The notes under the pieces: model-generated
Seen by the model: the letters and a program-made list of their open reading frames with translations, nothing else
Database searches by the model: none
What the model was told of the DNA's origin: nothing
Assembly: GCA_019456305.1 (NCBI GenBank)
Contig: VRUD01000002.1
Coordinates: 20,118 to 84,117, forward strand
DNA from: Cytophagales bacterium
GTDB taxonomy: Bacteria; Bacteroidota; Bacteroidia; Cytophagales; VRUD01
Length of the DNA: 64,000 bases
Reading direction: 5' to 3'
Made by a program: the position numbers and the translations under genes
In this document: in pieces, positions 18,419-26,076 of the stretch
How the letters are laid out: each line of letters starts with the position of its first letter
Position numbering within the stretch: position 1 is the stretch's first letter

Positions 18419-18519
18419 GGTCCCGCCTGAGGCGGGACCAAAAAGCAGTTGGCAATTAATGCAATAAGTCAGAAGAATCAGGACAATTGCCAACTGCCCA
18501 TTGCTCCCGAGTACTCGGG
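18419..18519. repeat. Cluster of three different hairpin modules
   Basis: ggtcccgcc-tga-ggcgggacc (18419..18439). cagttggcaatt...aattgccaactg. CCCGAGTACTCGGG (18506..18519). Confidence 0.8.
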
Positions 18520-18524
18520 ACCAA

Positions 18525-19826
18525 CTATCTCCTTCTAATCTTCACATTCTCATTGATCCAGCAGCCGGTATTTATAACCTGTCCTTTATCCATCGTTAGC
18601 CCGAAAATTTGTTGCATAGTAGGGAACTGGGCTTTAGCCATTTCCATTTTATTTTTTGCCCCGGCTTTCTCATATTGATCATAAGCAGCAAAGTAACAAG
18701 CTCTTGAAATTACTTCATTCTTTTCAACTTTACAATCCGCTGCACTGTTGTAATACAGATTACCTATCAGAATATAGGCTTCTTTTTTGCCTGGATCAGC
18801 GGAAAGCGCTTTTCTGGCATAGGACCTTGCCTGTGCTTTTTGTCCCTTTCTGCTATACAGATCTGCTATCTCATAATAACAGGTTCCTTTTTTATATGCA
18901 TTATCAGCCAATGGTAATGCAGTATTGCAGTGTTTTAGGGCTCTGTCAAATTGCTCAAGCGCTTTGCAGATACGGGCAGTCGTTATTATTAAACCGAAAC
19001 TTGGTTCTTTACTTATTATAGTCTCTGCTGCATCAATAAAAAGCGGGTCTTTTGCACATTTAGCGGTTAACATAAGGCTGTATATCTGTTTAGCCAGCTT
19101 GATATCATCTTTATTTTCGCGAAACTTCGGGCCAAGATTATTACGCACAAAATCGCAGTCAACGCTAACGCAGGTAGTAAGTAATTTGTTAACCTCGTTT
19201 TTCATTTTTTGCCAGCTCTCAACTTTTTTTCCCCGGTCGATATTAAAATCAATAATGCCAATTATTTTACCGTAATAATCAAGCACCTCCTCGTCAGTGA
19301 GATCTCCTTTTTTCTTTTTCTTGCATACCAGGTCCATATATGCTTTGGTATTATAGGCAAAAGTATTAAACCCATTTAATCTGAATATCTTTTCATAAAG
19401 ATCAAAAAGCTGATCGGTTGTACCTTCTCTGGATTTTAAATACAACCAAGCCTTTAAACCTTTTCTGTTTGTTGCTTTGGCTGTGTCGCCAAAATATTGG
19501 ATACGCAGGTCAAACATCAATAATGCGGAATCCTGTAAAGCTATTTTCAGTTCTGCATCTTTCGTTGTTTTTACTATCTTGCCATATATTTTTGAAGCAT
19601 CAATATAAAGTGATTTATTCAGCTTAGGAGTATTTTCCAAAAGCCACCTTATATAAATTATTGCGTTGGCATAATCTTTCTGATTAAGGTAGTCTGTATA
19701 CAGGATGTATTTTTCTTCTGCAATTTGCCTGTTAAGTCCCCAATCCCAATCATTCTGGGCTTTTGATTCAAGATTAAAGATTGTCAAGCAAAGCAAAATC
19801 CCGATAAATAAATATATCTTTTTCAT
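18525..19826 (-). CDS. Secreted TPR-like protein
   Basis: 433 aa, signal peptide 'MKKIYLFIGILLCLTIFNLESKAQ', helical-repeat composition. Confidence 0.7.
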   Translation of the reverse strand: MKKIYLFIGILLCLTIFNLESKAQNDWDWGLNRQIAEEKYILYTDYLNQKDYANAIIYIRWLLENTPKLNKSLYIDASKIYGKIVKTTKDAELKIALQDSALLMFDLRIQYFGDTAKATNRKGLKAWLYLKSREGTTDQLFDLYEKIFRLNGFNTFAYNTKAYMDLVCKKKKKGDLTDEEVLDYYGKIIGIIDFNIDRGKKVESWQKMKNEVNKLLTTCVSVDCDFVRNNLGPKFRENKDDIKLAKQIYSLMLTAKCAKDPLFIDAAETIISKEPSFGLIITTARICKALEQFDRALKHCNTALPLADNAYKKGTCYYEIADLYSRKGQKAQARSYARKALSADPGKKEAYILIGNLYYNSAADCKVEKNEVISRACYFAAYDQYEKAGAKNKMEMAKAQFPTMQQIFGLTMDKGQVINTGCWINENVKIRRR

Positions 19827-19904
19827 GATTATGTGTTTGTGTGTTCATGTTGCAAGCGCAGCGAAGCAATCTCTTTCAAATAGAATGAAAGCAACGTGAA
19901 CACA

Positions 19905-19996
19905 TGGGCATCTCTAAAAACTACACCATACATTCCCCTCTATCAAGAGGGGCAAGGGGTGTGTTTTAAAAAATATGTAGTTTTTAGAGATGCCCA
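19905..19996. repeat. Perfect 21-bp-stem hairpin element just downstream of the OMP gene stop
   Basis: tgggcatctctaaaaactaca (19905..19925) is the exact reverse complement of tgtagtttttagagatgccca (19976..19996). An inner hairpin cccctc-tatcaa-gagggg is present. Confidence 0.85.
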
Positions 19997-20001
19997 CATT
20001 T

Positions 20002-21357
20002 CTAATCCACTTTCCGCCTCACAAACCATTTATCATTAATTGAAATACCTGCATAAATCCTAAAATATCGCTCTTTAATAAGGCCATTACTTGTTGTTCC
20101 TCTTTGACCTATAATAAATGCAAGGTTTAAATGAGACTTACTTTTCCTAACTGGCAAAGATACACCAAAATTGATACCAATATTTTCTATTTGCTGATTT
20201 TTTAATTTTATCGGGGTTTTAGAATAACTAAATCCTGTACGATAAGTGATCCTTTTCAGGTAGTTATTCACAGAGCGGATGTCAGGAATTAACTCTCCTC
20301 CCAAACTAATAGTATAGCTGTTTTGTAGAGTCTGGCTGCTAACATTAAAATCCCGGAAAGATGACCAGTTGTATGTAGAAAAATCAGCAGCAACAGACCA
20401 ATGCCCTGGATTATCAATACCTAATCCAAACTGAAATCTGCCAGGTAATTTTACATTACCTAACGAATCGTTCATAATTGTATCGGTTGAAATGATTTGA
20501 TCAAATCCAAAATTGTCTTCTACCTGCCTTTGAATAGTAAAATCTCTTTTTGCATTGTGTTTAGATATATTGATTTTAGAACCAAAGTCATAAGCTGTTC
20601 CTATATTGAACCATGTCTTACCGGATATTTTTTGTCTATATGCTATACCGGTTTTAAATATAAAATCTGAAAGGGTTGTCCTTGTATGAAAAGCCATTTT
20701 GTATGGTACGTCATCAACAATTAATTGTGAAACCGATTCATTGATAATGGAGCCGAAAAGATATGAGATATTAATTCCGATAGAAAGACCTTTTAAAATT
20801 TCAATTCCGTTTGTCCAATAAAGCTCGGTAATGCCTCCATTCCCCCGATAAGTGTATGAGACAGTATCATCGTCAGGGGTTGCAACAGAGGTATCAATAA
20901 AAATTGGTCTAACAAATGATACGCTATAGTTTACATTACTAAATGGTTTCAGGCCAACACTACTTGTCCATTTTTGATGTAAAGGAAAAGCAAAAGCCAG
21001 GTAGCTTACATTAGCACTCCCATCCCTTTGGGATAAACTTTCTGTGGTAATCTTTTTATTTTGCCCGACAAGGCTTGCCTCAAAAATGGTGAGCTTATTT
21101 CGGGTAAGTAATGCCGGGTTCTTATTGTTTATAAAATTAGGATGTGCCAGGCTGGTGCCTGTATTACCCATAGCAATATTCCTGATAAAGGCTGTATTGG
21201 TCAAATCCCCTATCCCAAACTGTGAGTAAGGAGAATTGCCTAAATCCTGTGCGTAGGGATCATTCTGAGCAATAAAAACAATTATTGAATATGAAAAAAT
21301 GTATTTTACCGCTAAGACGCTAAGACGCAAAGGTTTTAAAAAAAAAAATGTAAGCAT
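20002..21357 (-). CDS. Outer-membrane beta-barrel protein (FadL/OmpP1-like, function unknown)
   Basis: 451 aa. 'SPYSQFGIGDL..NIAMGNTG..NPALL', alternating beta-strand pattern, C-terminal aromatic-rich strands. A T11 run lies at codons 4-7. Confidence 0.7.
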   Translation of the reverse strand: MLTFFFLKPLRLSVLAVKYIFSYSIIVFIAQNDPYAQDLGNSPYSQFGIGDLTNTAFIRNIAMGNTGTSLAHPNFINNKNPALLTRNKLTIFEASLVGQNKKITTESLSQRDGSANVSYLAFAFPLHQKWTSSVGLKPFSNVNYSVSFVRPIFIDTSVATPDDDTVSYTYRGNGGITELYWTNGIEILKGLSIGINISYLFGSIINESVSQLIVDDVPYKMAFHTRTTLSDFIFKTGIAYRQKISGKTWFNIGTAYDFGSKINISKHNAKRDFTIQRQVEDNFGFDQIISTDTIMNDSLGNVKLPGRFQFGLGIDNPGHWSVAADFSTYNWSSFRDFNVSSQTLQNSYTISLGGELIPDIRSVNNYLKRITYRTGFSYSKTPIKLKNQQIENIGINFGVSLPVRKSKSHLNLAFIIGQRGTTSNGLIKERYFRIYAGISINDKWFVRRKVD

Positions 21358-21486
21358 ATATTTTACCGCAAAGGCACCATGTCGCCTATCCCGATGGTAA
21401 TCGGGACAAAGTTATTAAAAAATTATTTTCTTTGCCCCTAGTTCTCAGGGTCTTTGCGGGGATTGCGGATTTTAGACTTTAATTTA

Positions 21487-21590
21487 CATAACTATCTGCT
21501 AAATAGAACGCTGATGACGCTGATAAAACGGATAATCACAGATAAAAAATCAGCGCAAATCAGCTAAATCAGTGTCATCCGCGTTCTATT
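21487..21590. repeat. 104-nt MITE-like element, copy A (overlaps the coaX 3' end)
   Basis: Identical to 40312..40415 except for one base (t/c at the 13th position). 17-nt termini aatagaacgctgatgac / gtcatccgcgttctatt are inverted (16/17). Confidence 0.9.
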
Positions 21591-22348
21591 TGTCTTTTTT
21601 GGGTAACTTTGCGGTTATTTTTTTTCAAACTGTATTCAAGTATTTTATTCAATCCAATTAAAACCAATTCCGGCACCACAAAGATGGGGGCTTTTAGTCG
21701 TTTTTCAAAAAATCTGGCATCTCCACCGCAAAGAATAACTTTCAAATCATCAAATTTACTAAAATAAGCGCTGATGATACCTTGTAATTCAGCGATAGTG
21801 CCATTTATAACGCCACTTTCAATAGCATCATGTGTATTTTTTCCAACTAGATCGAATTCCTTTATTTCCTTTATTTCCTTTTTCAGTAACGGGAGTTGTA
21901 CCGCAAAATTATGTAATGCTTTAAATTTCACATCAATTCCGGGAGAAATACTTCCACCATGATAATTATTATTTTTGTCTATGAAATCAAAGGTAATACA
22001 AGTGCCTGCGTCAATTACAAGGCAGTTGTTTTCACGATACAGATGATTCGCCCCTACAACTGCGGCAAGCCTATCCATGCCCATGGTTTGTGGAGTTTCA
22101 TACAGGTTATTGATGGGAAGGGGGGTACGATGGTCTAATTCAATTATTTCACAATGCTTACTTACTGATTTTAGCAATTGCTCATTATCCTTTTTTACCG
22201 AAGAAATAATAGCTTTATCAACCTTTTTTTCAATAATGAATGAAACAATTTTGTTAAGATCAAAGTTATCATAAAATTTAACTAATTGATTTTTATCAAA
22301 AAGAGCTATCTTGGTGGTAGTATTACCGATATCAATTGCCAGGTTCAT
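21575..22348 (-). CDS. coaX: Type III pantothenate kinase
   Basis: 'MNLAIDIGNTTTKIALF', 'GMDRLAAVVGA', 'LVIDAGTCITFD', 'GGISPG'. Start taken at the internal Met 22348. The last about 9 codons and the stop lie inside the 104-nt repeat. Confidence 0.9.
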   Translation of the reverse strand: MNLAIDIGNTTTKIALFDKNQLVKFYDNFDLNKIVSFIIEKKVDKAIISSVKKDNEQLLKSVSKHCEIIELDHRTPLPINNLYETPQTMGMDRLAAVVGANHLYRENNCLVIDAGTCITFDFIDKNNNYHGGSISPGIDVKFKALHNFAVQLPLLKKEIKEIKEFDLVGKNTHDAIESGVINGTIAELQGIISAYFSKFDDLKVILCGGDARFFEKRLKAPIFVVPELVLIGLNKILEYSLKKNNRKVTQKRQIERG

Positions 22349-22781
22349 GGGGGGCGGGATCTGTGTTGAAATATTGCTCGATTTCACTTAAAAACGTGCT
22401 CCAAACATCAGTTATATTATCTGACAATTTTTTCAACTCCTCTTCTTCCAGCATATAACCATATCCATGAACAAAGGAGTGCCTAAAGGTTAAATAGTCA
22501 TATAGTCTGTGAGCTAATGATGCTGAAATGATACCATGCGAAACAGCTTTTTGAACTAATTCTTTATGCCAGTATTCAGATTTTGGAAATGTAAGATGTT
22601 TTATTTTGTAAATCTGTTTTATAATATTTTCAATACCGTTATAAAAATTGTGAATGAATGTAGCAATAGCAGAAAGTTCAATAACACTTTTATCAGATCT
22701 CATTTCTGCATCTTTAAGATTTTCTAATGTAATTTCAATATGTTCTTTTTGGGCTAATATTTCTTCCGGTAGATCAGCCAT
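22332..22781 (-). CDS. hepT: HEPN-domain toxin (HepT/DUF86-like)
   Basis: 149 aa. Rx4HxY motif in 'LTFRHSFVHGYG'. Overlaps the upstream nucleotidyltransferase gene by 8 nt. Confidence 0.75.
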   Translation of the reverse strand: MADLPEEILAQKEHIEITLENLKDAEMRSDKSVIELSAIATFIHNFYNGIENIIKQIYKIKHLTFPKSEYWHKELVQKAVSHGIISASLAHRLYDYLTFRHSFVHGYGYMLEEEELKKLSDNITDVWSTFLSEIEQYFNTDPAPHEPGN

Positions 22782-23043
22782 ATATTTTCAATCCTTTTTT
22801 GATAATTAACCTATTAAACAATGTATCATCAGATAAATCAACCAGGTCAACAGGTTTAGGGAGTTCTCTAAATAATTCGCCATAAAATTTAAAGAAAAAA
22901 CCAGGTTTAACTCCTTTCACAGCTATGTCTATATCTCTATAATCTGTATCCTCATTGATAGAAGACCCAAACAATATGACTGTTTTAACATCATACTTTT
23001 TTGCGCACCTTAAAATGATATTTTTCTCTGAATTACTTATCAT
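22774..23043 (-). CDS. mntA: Minimal nucleotidyltransferase antitoxin (MNT/MntA-like)
   Basis: 89 aa. 'VILFGSSINEDTDYRDIDIAV' (GS...DxD NTase motif). Confidence 0.8.
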   Translation of the reverse strand: MISNSEKNIILRCAKKYDVKTVILFGSSINEDTDYRDIDIAVKGVKPGFFFKFYGELFRELPKPVDLVDLSDDTLFNRLIIKKGLKIYG

Positions 23044-23045
23044 AT

Positions 23046-25727
23046 TTACAAGCTCAATGTCATTTTAGCAAAATAAAACGCTCCATTTACCCCAAATTGC
23101 TGCACTCTCCTGCTGTAAACAAACATGCCGCTGTTTATATTCTCAGAGTGTTCGTGCTTATCGGGATATACATCCAGTATATTATTGGCGCCAATCGTCA
23201 ATTTCAGGTTGTTGTTAAACTTGTAACTAATGCTGAGGTCAGTAATTATTTTAGGAGAGAAAACCTGGTCTCTTGATTCAAATTTAGGATCAATGTATTC
23301 TACCACGCCAAATCTGGTATTACGCAATAAGAAGTACCATTTTCCAACTTCATAAGTAAGCAGCAGGTTGATCTTGCTGTTGGGCTGTGCAACTTCAATA
23401 CGTGAAATCTCTTCACGGTTATACAGTATGTCTTCTTTTCCTTTTAACAGATCAGGCGCTTTAATATCCCCCACTACTTTGGTTTCGGTAAAGTTAGCTG
23501 CCAGGGTGGCAGTGAGTCGTCCCGGTCCTAAATTGCCGTAGTAAGAACTTACAACATCAATTCCCTGGGTTTTCGTATCAACAGCATTGGTGAAGAATTG
23601 TGCAGCTCCTGCACCGAGCGGGTCAAGTATATTAGCATAAAGTGGGTCTGCATTTGAATCAAACCTCCCTGAAAGGACAATTCTGTCTTTAATGTTGATC
23701 AAATATCCATCTATAGTTAATGACAAGTGATCTGTTAACTTAGCGGTAACACCCAAACTTGCATTGTTTGATATCTCCGGTTCCAGTTGTTTAATGCCGA
23801 AAGCTTTGGTTACAGTGCTCTGGTTGTTGAAAGTTCCAACCTGTACTGCTACTCCTCCAATAAACTGCGTGCTCAAATTATTGAAGTATAGCTGGTGGAG
23901 TGAGGGTGCACGAAATCCGGTATTGTAAGCCCCGCGAACAGAAATACGATCAGTAACTTTGTAACGGGAAACTAATTTCCAGGTAAAGTTATCACCAAAA
24001 TCGCTATACAGTTCATATCGTGCAGCAGTACCAAACAAAAGTTTAGAGGTTATCTCTGTCTCAATATCTATGTAAGCTGCAGTGTTGGTCCTGTTTTTGA
24101 TCAATTCATTTTGTGGTTGAAAACCAGGGAAAACCTGGGCACCGGCTTTTCTTGATGATCCGTCAGACAACGTATCACTCCCATCAATCCAGGAGGCGTC
24201 TTCACCTGCAATTATCCGGTAATTTTCAAGACGGAATTCCGCACCAAAAGCCATGTTAACAGAATTGACCCATGAGAGGCTGTCGAATTTCCTGGAAATA
24301 TCCAGGTTGCTTGTGTTCTGACTGTACTGGAATCCGCCACAATAGAAAGTGGTCGGAGTAGCAGTACCCAAAGAAGCATTGTCTGAGTTTTTTACTGTGA
24401 AATCAAATTTGTTGCTGCCCACGGTGTTGCTGAAATCGGTGATCCACTCGTTCTTTTCACCTCTTATGCCTGCAGTAAATGAACGGTCGTGAATGTCGGT
24501 ATGTATCTGAGGAGAAAAACCGTAACGATAAAGTTCAAGAACCACTTTATTTTCATCTTTAGGAAACCTGTAGAATCCCCTGGCTTCACCTTTTCTGAAG
24601 TTGAACCCCCCATTTGCGTATAGTTCTACTCCGGCTTTTATTGGCACAACCGAATTGAAAAACATGCTGGCATTAGTGGTGGCAGAATTTCCGATCTCCA
24701 TTACTCTGTGATTTTCATATCCTGTATTAGCCCAGAAAACATCCATCGAATCAAGATTAGAATCTCTTGCATCACCGTAAACTGTCCCTGTATAATCCCC
24801 TGATCTATTTACCGATCCTCTTTCAGTATAATCTCCCGTAACATTCACAAATCCTCCATTACCAATTTCAAATCCATAGTTGGCATTGGCTTGTTTTACC
24901 AGTCCATCACCTTGCTGCGTGATGCCTGTGGTAACGTTGCCCGAAATGATACCTGTTTGCTCTTTTAAGACAATATTGATCACCCCGGCAATAGCATCCG
25001 AACCGTATTGAGCAGCTGCACCGTCCCTGAGAATCTCAATGTGATCTACTGCTGCTATTGGTATCGCATTGAGGTCTGTGCCGACCGTTCCCCTACCTAC
25101 GGTGCCATTGACATTCACCAATGAGCTGGTGTGCCTTCTCTTTCCGTTGATCAATACTAATACCTGGTCGGGACCAAGCCCTCTTAAGGTTGCAGGATCT
25201 ATGTGGTCGGTACCGTCAGATATGGTTTGATGTGTTGAGTGGAAAGAAGGAGCAAGGTATTGAAGGATCTGGCCAACATTTGTTTGAGAAGAATTGCTAA
25301 GGTCCCTGGGCCAGTACACATCAACCGGTACTGCAGTTTCCATTAGTGAACGGGATTGTGTCCTGGAACCTAATTCAACTACCTCATCAAGCATACTACC
25401 GGTCTTAAGCATAAAGCTTACTGTAGCATCTTTTGAGGCAGTAACCTTTACCGGGTTGATTACGGGAGCGTATGTAACAAAACTCGCCTTTAATTGATAA
25501 GTGCCTGGTTCAGCTTCGAGGGTGTATACGCCATTTACATTAGCGCTTGTACCAATCGTTGTACCTACTATAATTAAATGAGCGCCAGGTAAAGGGCCAA
25601 ATTTATCTGATACTGTTCCGGTAATCTTTCCTTTTTGGGCGTAAACCCCGTTAGATAATAAAAGTAATTTAATTAAAAAGAAAGTACTAAAATATACACA
25701 TAATCTTCTTAATTTCATAATTTGCAT
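23046..25727 (-). CDS. TonB-dependent receptor with CarboxypepD_reg-like N-terminal domain
   Basis: 893 aa. 'KITGTVSDKFGPLPGAHLIIVGT', plug 'IEILRDGAAAQYGSDAIAGVINIVLK', long beta-barrel. Confidence 0.95.
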   Translation of the reverse strand: MQIMKLRRLCVYFSTFFLIKLLLLSNGVYAQKGKITGTVSDKFGPLPGAHLIIVGTTIGTSANVNGVYTLEAEPGTYQLKASFVTYAPVINPVKVTASKDATVSFMLKTGSMLDEVVELGSRTQSRSLMETAVPVDVYWPRDLSNSSQTNVGQILQYLAPSFHSTHQTISDGTDHIDPATLRGLGPDQVLVLINGKRRHTSSLVNVNGTVGRGTVGTDLNAIPIAAVDHIEILRDGAAAQYGSDAIAGVINIVLKEQTGIISGNVTTGITQQGDGLVKQANANYGFEIGNGGFVNVTGDYTERGSVNRSGDYTGTVYGDARDSNLDSMDVFWANTGYENHRVMEIGNSATTNASMFFNSVVPIKAGVELYANGGFNFRKGEARGFYRFPKDENKVVLELYRYGFSPQIHTDIHDRSFTAGIRGEKNEWITDFSNTVGSNKFDFTVKNSDNASLGTATPTTFYCGGFQYSQNTSNLDISRKFDSLSWVNSVNMAFGAEFRLENYRIIAGEDASWIDGSDTLSDGSSRKAGAQVFPGFQPQNELIKNRTNTAAYIDIETEITSKLLFGTAARYELYSDFGDNFTWKLVSRYKVTDRISVRGAYNTGFRAPSLHQLYFNNLSTQFIGGVAVQVGTFNNQSTVTKAFGIKQLEPEISNNASLGVTAKLTDHLSLTIDGYLINIKDRIVLSGRFDSNADPLYANILDPLGAGAAQFFTNAVDTKTQGIDVVSSYYGNLGPGRLTATLAANFTETKVVGDIKAPDLLKGKEDILYNREEISRIEVAQPNSKINLLLTYEVGKWYFLLRNTRFGVVEYIDPKFESRDQVFSPKIITDLSISYKFNNNLKLTIGANNILDVYPDKHEHSENINSGMFVYSRRVQQFGVNGAFYFAKMTLSL

Positions 25728-25765
25728 TTTTGTTATTTGTGATTATATTAATAATTTGGCATCAA

Positions 25766-26018
25766 ACCCCGTTACAAGTTTTAGCTATAACTTTTTCAGA
25801 AAATATGCAACTTTAATTAGTGTCTGTCTATAAAGTAGAATGTTTAATATATTATAGTAAAAACATAACTTCGTAAGTTGATTAAAAAGTCGGCAGTCCA
25901 CAGTCGGCAGTCAGCAAATTTGCCAACTGCCAACTGCCGACTTAATGTTGAAACTTTGGATTTTCATTAACGAATATTTTTGACATTATAGACAGACACT
26001 AATTAGTTGTAACGGGGT
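25766..26018. repeat. Nested inverted-repeat element between the TonB receptor and the TPR-CHAT gene
   Basis: Outer arms accccgttacaa / ttgtaacggggt. Middle arms ttaattagtgtctgtctataa (25813..25833) / ttatagacagacactaattag (25986..26006). Core hairpin aagtcggcagtccacagtcggcagtcagc aaattt gccaactgccaactgccgactt (25886..25942). Confidence 0.8.
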
Positions 26019-26048
26019 CAAAGATAGTGAAAAAAATAAATACAAGAA

Positions 26049-26056
26049 TATATTTG
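26049..26056 (+). promoter_or_regulatory. -7 box TATATTTG
   Basis: 21 nt upstream of the TPR-CHAT ATG (26077). Confidence 0.45.
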
Positions 26057-26076
26057 TCCTAAATCTATATTTTATT

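Noticed and set aside
25728-26076. Cobalamin or other riboswitch upstream of the TonB-dependent receptor
   Set aside because: The region is explained by a nested inverted-repeat MITE. I could not find B12-box-like or other riboswitch core motifs by eye. An Rfam scan would be needed to exclude one formally.
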